NCBI GenBank assembly: GCA_964552045.1 | Contig: CAZKFF010000005.1 | Coordinates: forward strand, 34,302 to 98,301 | Length of the DNA: 64,000 nucleotides | Direction: 5' to 3' | DNA from: an uncultured Candidatus Saccharibacteria bacterium | Lineage (GTDB): Bacteria > Patescibacteriota > Minisyncoccia > Phycocordibacterales > UBA918 | The notes under the pieces: generated by a model | Seen by the model: the letters and a program-made list of their open reading frames with translations, nothing else | Databases searched by the model: none | What the model was told of the DNA's origin: nothing | Position numbers and translations under genes: made by a program | Shown: in pieces, positions 60,871 to 64,000 of the stretch | How positions within the stretch are numbered: position 1 is the first letter of the stretch | Layout of the letters: every line of letters starts with the position of its first letter

Positions 60871-61650
60871 TTAATGATGCGGTTGCGCCACCGCGAGCTT
60901 GATGAAGATGAGCGTCAGGAACGCGAACACCCCCGCCTGAATGAATCCGACGAACAATTCGTACGCCATGATCGGCACCGGAAGGACAAATGGCATAAAA
61001 AACAGAGCGACAGTGAGCAGCGTCTTGCCGGCGAAGATATTACCGAACAGACGAAATGAGAAGGAGATGATGCGCCCGAGCTCGCTGATGAGCTCGATGA
61101 TACCGACAATGAAATTGAGCGGCGAGGAGAAATTGATGAACTTGCTGCCATACTTGAACGCGCCAAGCGCCATGATGCCTGCCGCCTCAATGACAAACAT
61201 GGATATGAATGCGAATGCGAGCGTGATATTGAGGTCGGTCGCCGGGGGATAGAACAGCGGGATCAGGTGCGACTCCTCGCCATGGCCTTCAAAAAAGCCG
61301 ACAGAAGTGACCCCCGGCAGAAGGCCCGTAAGATTCATGACAAGCAGTGCGAGGAAAATGGTCATCAGGATCGGAAAATATTTCCGTGCCAATTCCCTGC
61401 TCTCGAACGTAGATTCCACATACGCATATACACCGCCAATGATAAGCTCCACAATGCTCTGAAACTTCCCCGGGATGAGTGTCAGCTTATTGCGCAGGAA
61501 AAAGGCGCCGACAATCAGAACGAGCATTGCCGCCCATGTAGTAAGGAGCGTCGCCGTAATAGGTAGTGATCCGATATATCCGACGACATACGGTGAAAGT
61601 TTCACCGAGATACCCTCTGCAGCATGTGCTGTCTGTATGAAATCAAGCAT
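60871..61650 (-). CDS. atpB: ATP synthase subunit a
   Basis: SFRLFGNIFAG, IQAGVF. Confidence 0.96.
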   Translation of the reverse strand: MLDFIQTAHAAEGISVKLSPYVVGYIGSLPITATLLTTWAAMLVLIVGAFFLRNKLTLIPGKFQSIVELIIGGVYAYVESTFESRELARKYFPILMTIFLALLVMNLTGLLPGVTSVGFFEGHGEESHLIPLFYPPATDLNITLAFAFISMFVIEAAGIMALGAFKYGSKFINFSSPLNFIVGIIELISELGRIISFSFRLFGNIFAGKTLLTVALFFMPFVLPVPIMAYELFVGFIQAGVFAFLTLIFIKLAVAQPHH

Positions 61651-61671
61651 AGTTCGTGCAAATCCGAGCGC

Positions 61672-61788
61672 TTAAAATCTAGCGTATTCCCGCGGCAATT
61701 CGGGACAAATGAAGATTTAAATTGCTCATACAATTTAAGGCTCTGTTGTCCAAAATTACCGTTGCCAGGCGGGCAAAATAGATTTTAA
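61672..61788. repeat. Long imperfect inverted repeat in the atpB leader
   Basis: Nested arms TTAAAATCTA/TAGATTTTAA, CCCGC/GCGGG, GGCAA/TTGCC, GGACAA/TTGTCC, TTAAATTG/CAATTTAA. Confidence 0.75.
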
Positions 61789-61889
61789 ATCACTCTATTT
61801 GCGCCGGTATAGTACCACATAAAACGCAGAAATAACAATGTCCTGGGGATATGCAAAAAATGCTATATATACGCTATAATTGGCAGCCT

Positions 61890-62585
61890 ATGGCATATAC
61901 GCATCTCTTTTTTGATATGGATGGCACGGTCACGCCGAGCCGAAGCAAAATAGATCCGCAGATGAAGGAACTCCTCGGGGAGCTGCCGGCAACCATTGCG
62001 GTCATCTCAGGTTCGCATAACGATCAGATGAATTTCCAGATGGATGGGCTTCCCGTCATACGGATGGGACAGAACGGCAATCATGTCATCCATCCGGAAC
62101 GCGGAGAACTCTGGTACGACAAACTTACTGATACGGAAAAAGAAGAGATCATGGCGCATGCGAACAAAGTATGGGCCGCGTGCGATCATACTGTCCCCGA
62201 CCCGAACGACATCTTTGAGGATCGCGGCTCACAGATCTCACTAAGCTTGTACGGCCATCATGCTGACCCAACAGAAAAGAAAGCGTTTGATGGCGATTTC
62301 GTCAAGCGGAAAGCACTCCTGGAACGATTCCCCTTTCACTCGGACAATATGGAGGCGAAGCTCGGAGGGAGCACCTGTATTGACTATTTCCGCAAAGGAA
62401 AGAACAAAGGGTACAATATCAACCGGCTGATCATGCACATGGGCTGGAGTAAAGAAGATTGCATCTTTTTCGGCGACGCGCTATTCCCGGGAGGCAATGA
62501 CGAGTCAGTCATTGGCGTCATACAGACTGTCACAGTGATTGATCCGGAAGACTGTTACAACAAACTTGTTGAAATGTTCAAATAA
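61890..62585 (+). CDS. HAD-IIB hydrolase, phosphomannomutase-like
   Basis: FDMDGT, EDRGSQI, GGSTCID, FFGD.LFPGGND. Confidence 0.88.
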   Translation: MAYTHLFFDMDGTVTPSRSKIDPQMKELLGELPATIAVISGSHNDQMNFQMDGLPVIRMGQNGNHVIHPERGELWYDKLTDTEKEEIMAHANKVWAACDHTVPDPNDIFEDRGSQISLSLYGHHADPTEKKAFDGDFVKRKALLERFPFHSDNMEAKLGGSTCIDYFRKGKNKGYNINRLIMHMGWSKEDCIFFGDALFPGGNDESVIGVIQTVTVIDPEDCYNKLVEMFK

Positions 62586-62745
62586 AAGTGACTTCAGTGC
62601 TCAAAATGCAAAGGCTGGACTTCTCCCGCCTTTTGTCTGTGATCATTATACGACAAAGTCCGAACCCATTTCCTGCAGAACCCAGAATGATTGAGTGCTG
62701 GCTCCCCAAGCAAACACCATAAGAATCAACATGAAGGCATTACAT

Positions 62746-64000
62746 TCATTTAATTGCCCAGATTATTCTGTACGAAGCCTTTGCTAAATCTTGTGCTCTC
62801 TCATTTATCTCTTTACGTCCCCACTCCCCACTAGTTTTTTCAAAATCCTCCACAAAATTTGTCACATACCTAAATTTTTTTCCAAATTCTTTCAATAATT
62901 TAATTTTTTGGTACGGGGGCTTATTTTGCAATTTCGAGTTTGTATGTCTCGCAATAATAAATAAGTTCCCAATATTATTAACCACCGCCATGTCTTCAGC
63001 ACTTACCTCATAGTCAGGGTTTTGAGGTAGGAAATGTTCTGTATTGTAGTGATTTACAAGAATTGTCTTGTCAGGATCAAAAATAGTGACCCACTCACTC
63101 GGGGACATATCGACATTATTTATACGATCGAAAATATAGCACGTATCAGAAAGCGCTAATGATGTGTAGTCAAGCTCAATAAACCGGGAAATGAACTCTT
63201 GTTCAGTAGCTAGTTTATCTTTTAGTAGTGCAATAAAGTCATTTCCGATTGACAAAAAATCATCTGATTTTTCAAAAGCTGAGCAAAACTCTGCATATGG
63301 CTTTTCGATCTCATTACCTACACGATCACAAATCTGATTGTTTATGAAGTGATACTTTTCGATATTGCACAAAAGTCTGAGGTACATCTTTGTATGAGCA
63401 TCAGTCTCGCCTGCTCTTTTATAGGCTTTCGTTATTGAATAGATTAAAGGTATGTGCTGAGTAATCTTAAAGTGATTTAATCCACGCAAACAAGAAATAA
63501 CTCTTTCTAAATAACCCTTATTACCTCTTACCGTTGCGCAATCAATTTCCTTAAACCATTCTTTAATAAGTTCAGGCTCTGCGTTGCTAACGGCATCAAA
63601 ATAGAGTGAAAAATCGAACAAGTCTTCTGTAAGTTGGATGGCCCCTCCAGAACTTCCGAGAGCCTTTAATTTTCTGTATAAATCCTTCTTCGTAGTTGCC
63701 CCATGCTTTGCTACCCAGAAATATTTAAGCATTCTCTGCAGGAGAGAACCGGCATGAGATATTATCTCTTCCCATTTCTCTTCTATAAATTTTTCATCAT
63801 TATTTTGATATAAGTAATTTTTTAAAAGATCAGCAACATTGAGGGATAGACCACGGGCGTTTGTTCTCTCAAATATGTCAAAGGCCTCAAGTTCGTCAGC
63901 TATATCTATCTGGATTACATATGTTGAATATACAATTTTCAGAAAATTGCTAAGCTCGTCCTTTGTAAAGACACTTATCTCTTCTGCCATATACGCATAG
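62746..64000 (-). CDS. GmrSD-like (DUF262 plus DUF1524 HNH) type IV restriction protein, 5' end outside window
   Basis: AFDIFERTNARG..L...DLLKN; EHFLPQ, NIGNL, N..L.NK; frame open to the window edge; AT-rich. Confidence 0.85.
   Translation of the reverse strand, partial: YAYMAEEISVFTKDELSNFLKIVYSTYVIQIDIADELEAFDIFERTNARGLSLNVADLLKNYLYQNNDEKFIEEKWEEIISHAGSLLQRMLKYFWVAKHGATTKKDLYRKLKALGSSGGAIQLTEDLFDFSLYFDAVSNAEPELIKEWFKEIDCATVRGNKGYLERVISCLRGLNHFKITQHIPLIYSITKAYKRAGETDAHTKMYLRLLCNIEKYHFINNQICDRVGNEIEKPYAEFCSAFEKSDDFLSIGNDFIALLKDKLATEQEFISRFIELDYTSLALSDTCYIFDRINNVDMSPSEWVTIFDPDKTILVNHYNTEHFLPQNPDYEVSAEDMAVVNNIGNLFIIARHTNSKLQNKPPYQKIKLLKEFGKKFRYVTNFVEDFEKTSGEWGRKEINERAQDLAKASYRIIWAIK

Overview
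Gene-dense bacterial window, almost entirely on the minus strand. Genes ending in TGA (e.g. mraY, trpS) indicate genetic code 11. Gene content and style (truncated AlaRS, archaeal-type AspRS, FtsA-like/baseplate-J-like pair, DUF5671, short ATP synthase epsilon, scarce Shine-Dalgarno sites) suggest Patescibacteria/CPR, Parcubacteria-like; this is inference. Core genes: ftsW-mraY, DD-carboxypeptidase, scpAB, aspS/trpS/alaS/leuS, grpE-dnaK-dnaJ, infA-rpmJ-rpsMKD-rpoA-rplQ-rplM-rpsI, mnmA, mltG, ychF, an RND pair, atpBEFHAGDC, and the end of an AT-rich GmrSD-like gene. Most notable: (1) a tightly coupled operon of EamA transporter, pyruvoyl arginine decarboxylase, non-canonical PurD-like ATP-grasp ligase, small membrane protein and multi-TM histidine kinase, a candidate make/export/sense small-molecule system; (2) a T-box riboswitch with an atypical Stem I upstream of aspS; (3) an unassigned ~240-nt structured RNA with its own promoter and terminator between rpsI and grpE; (4) pervasive leaderless-type promoters. 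All calls are by eye from motifs; no searches were run.
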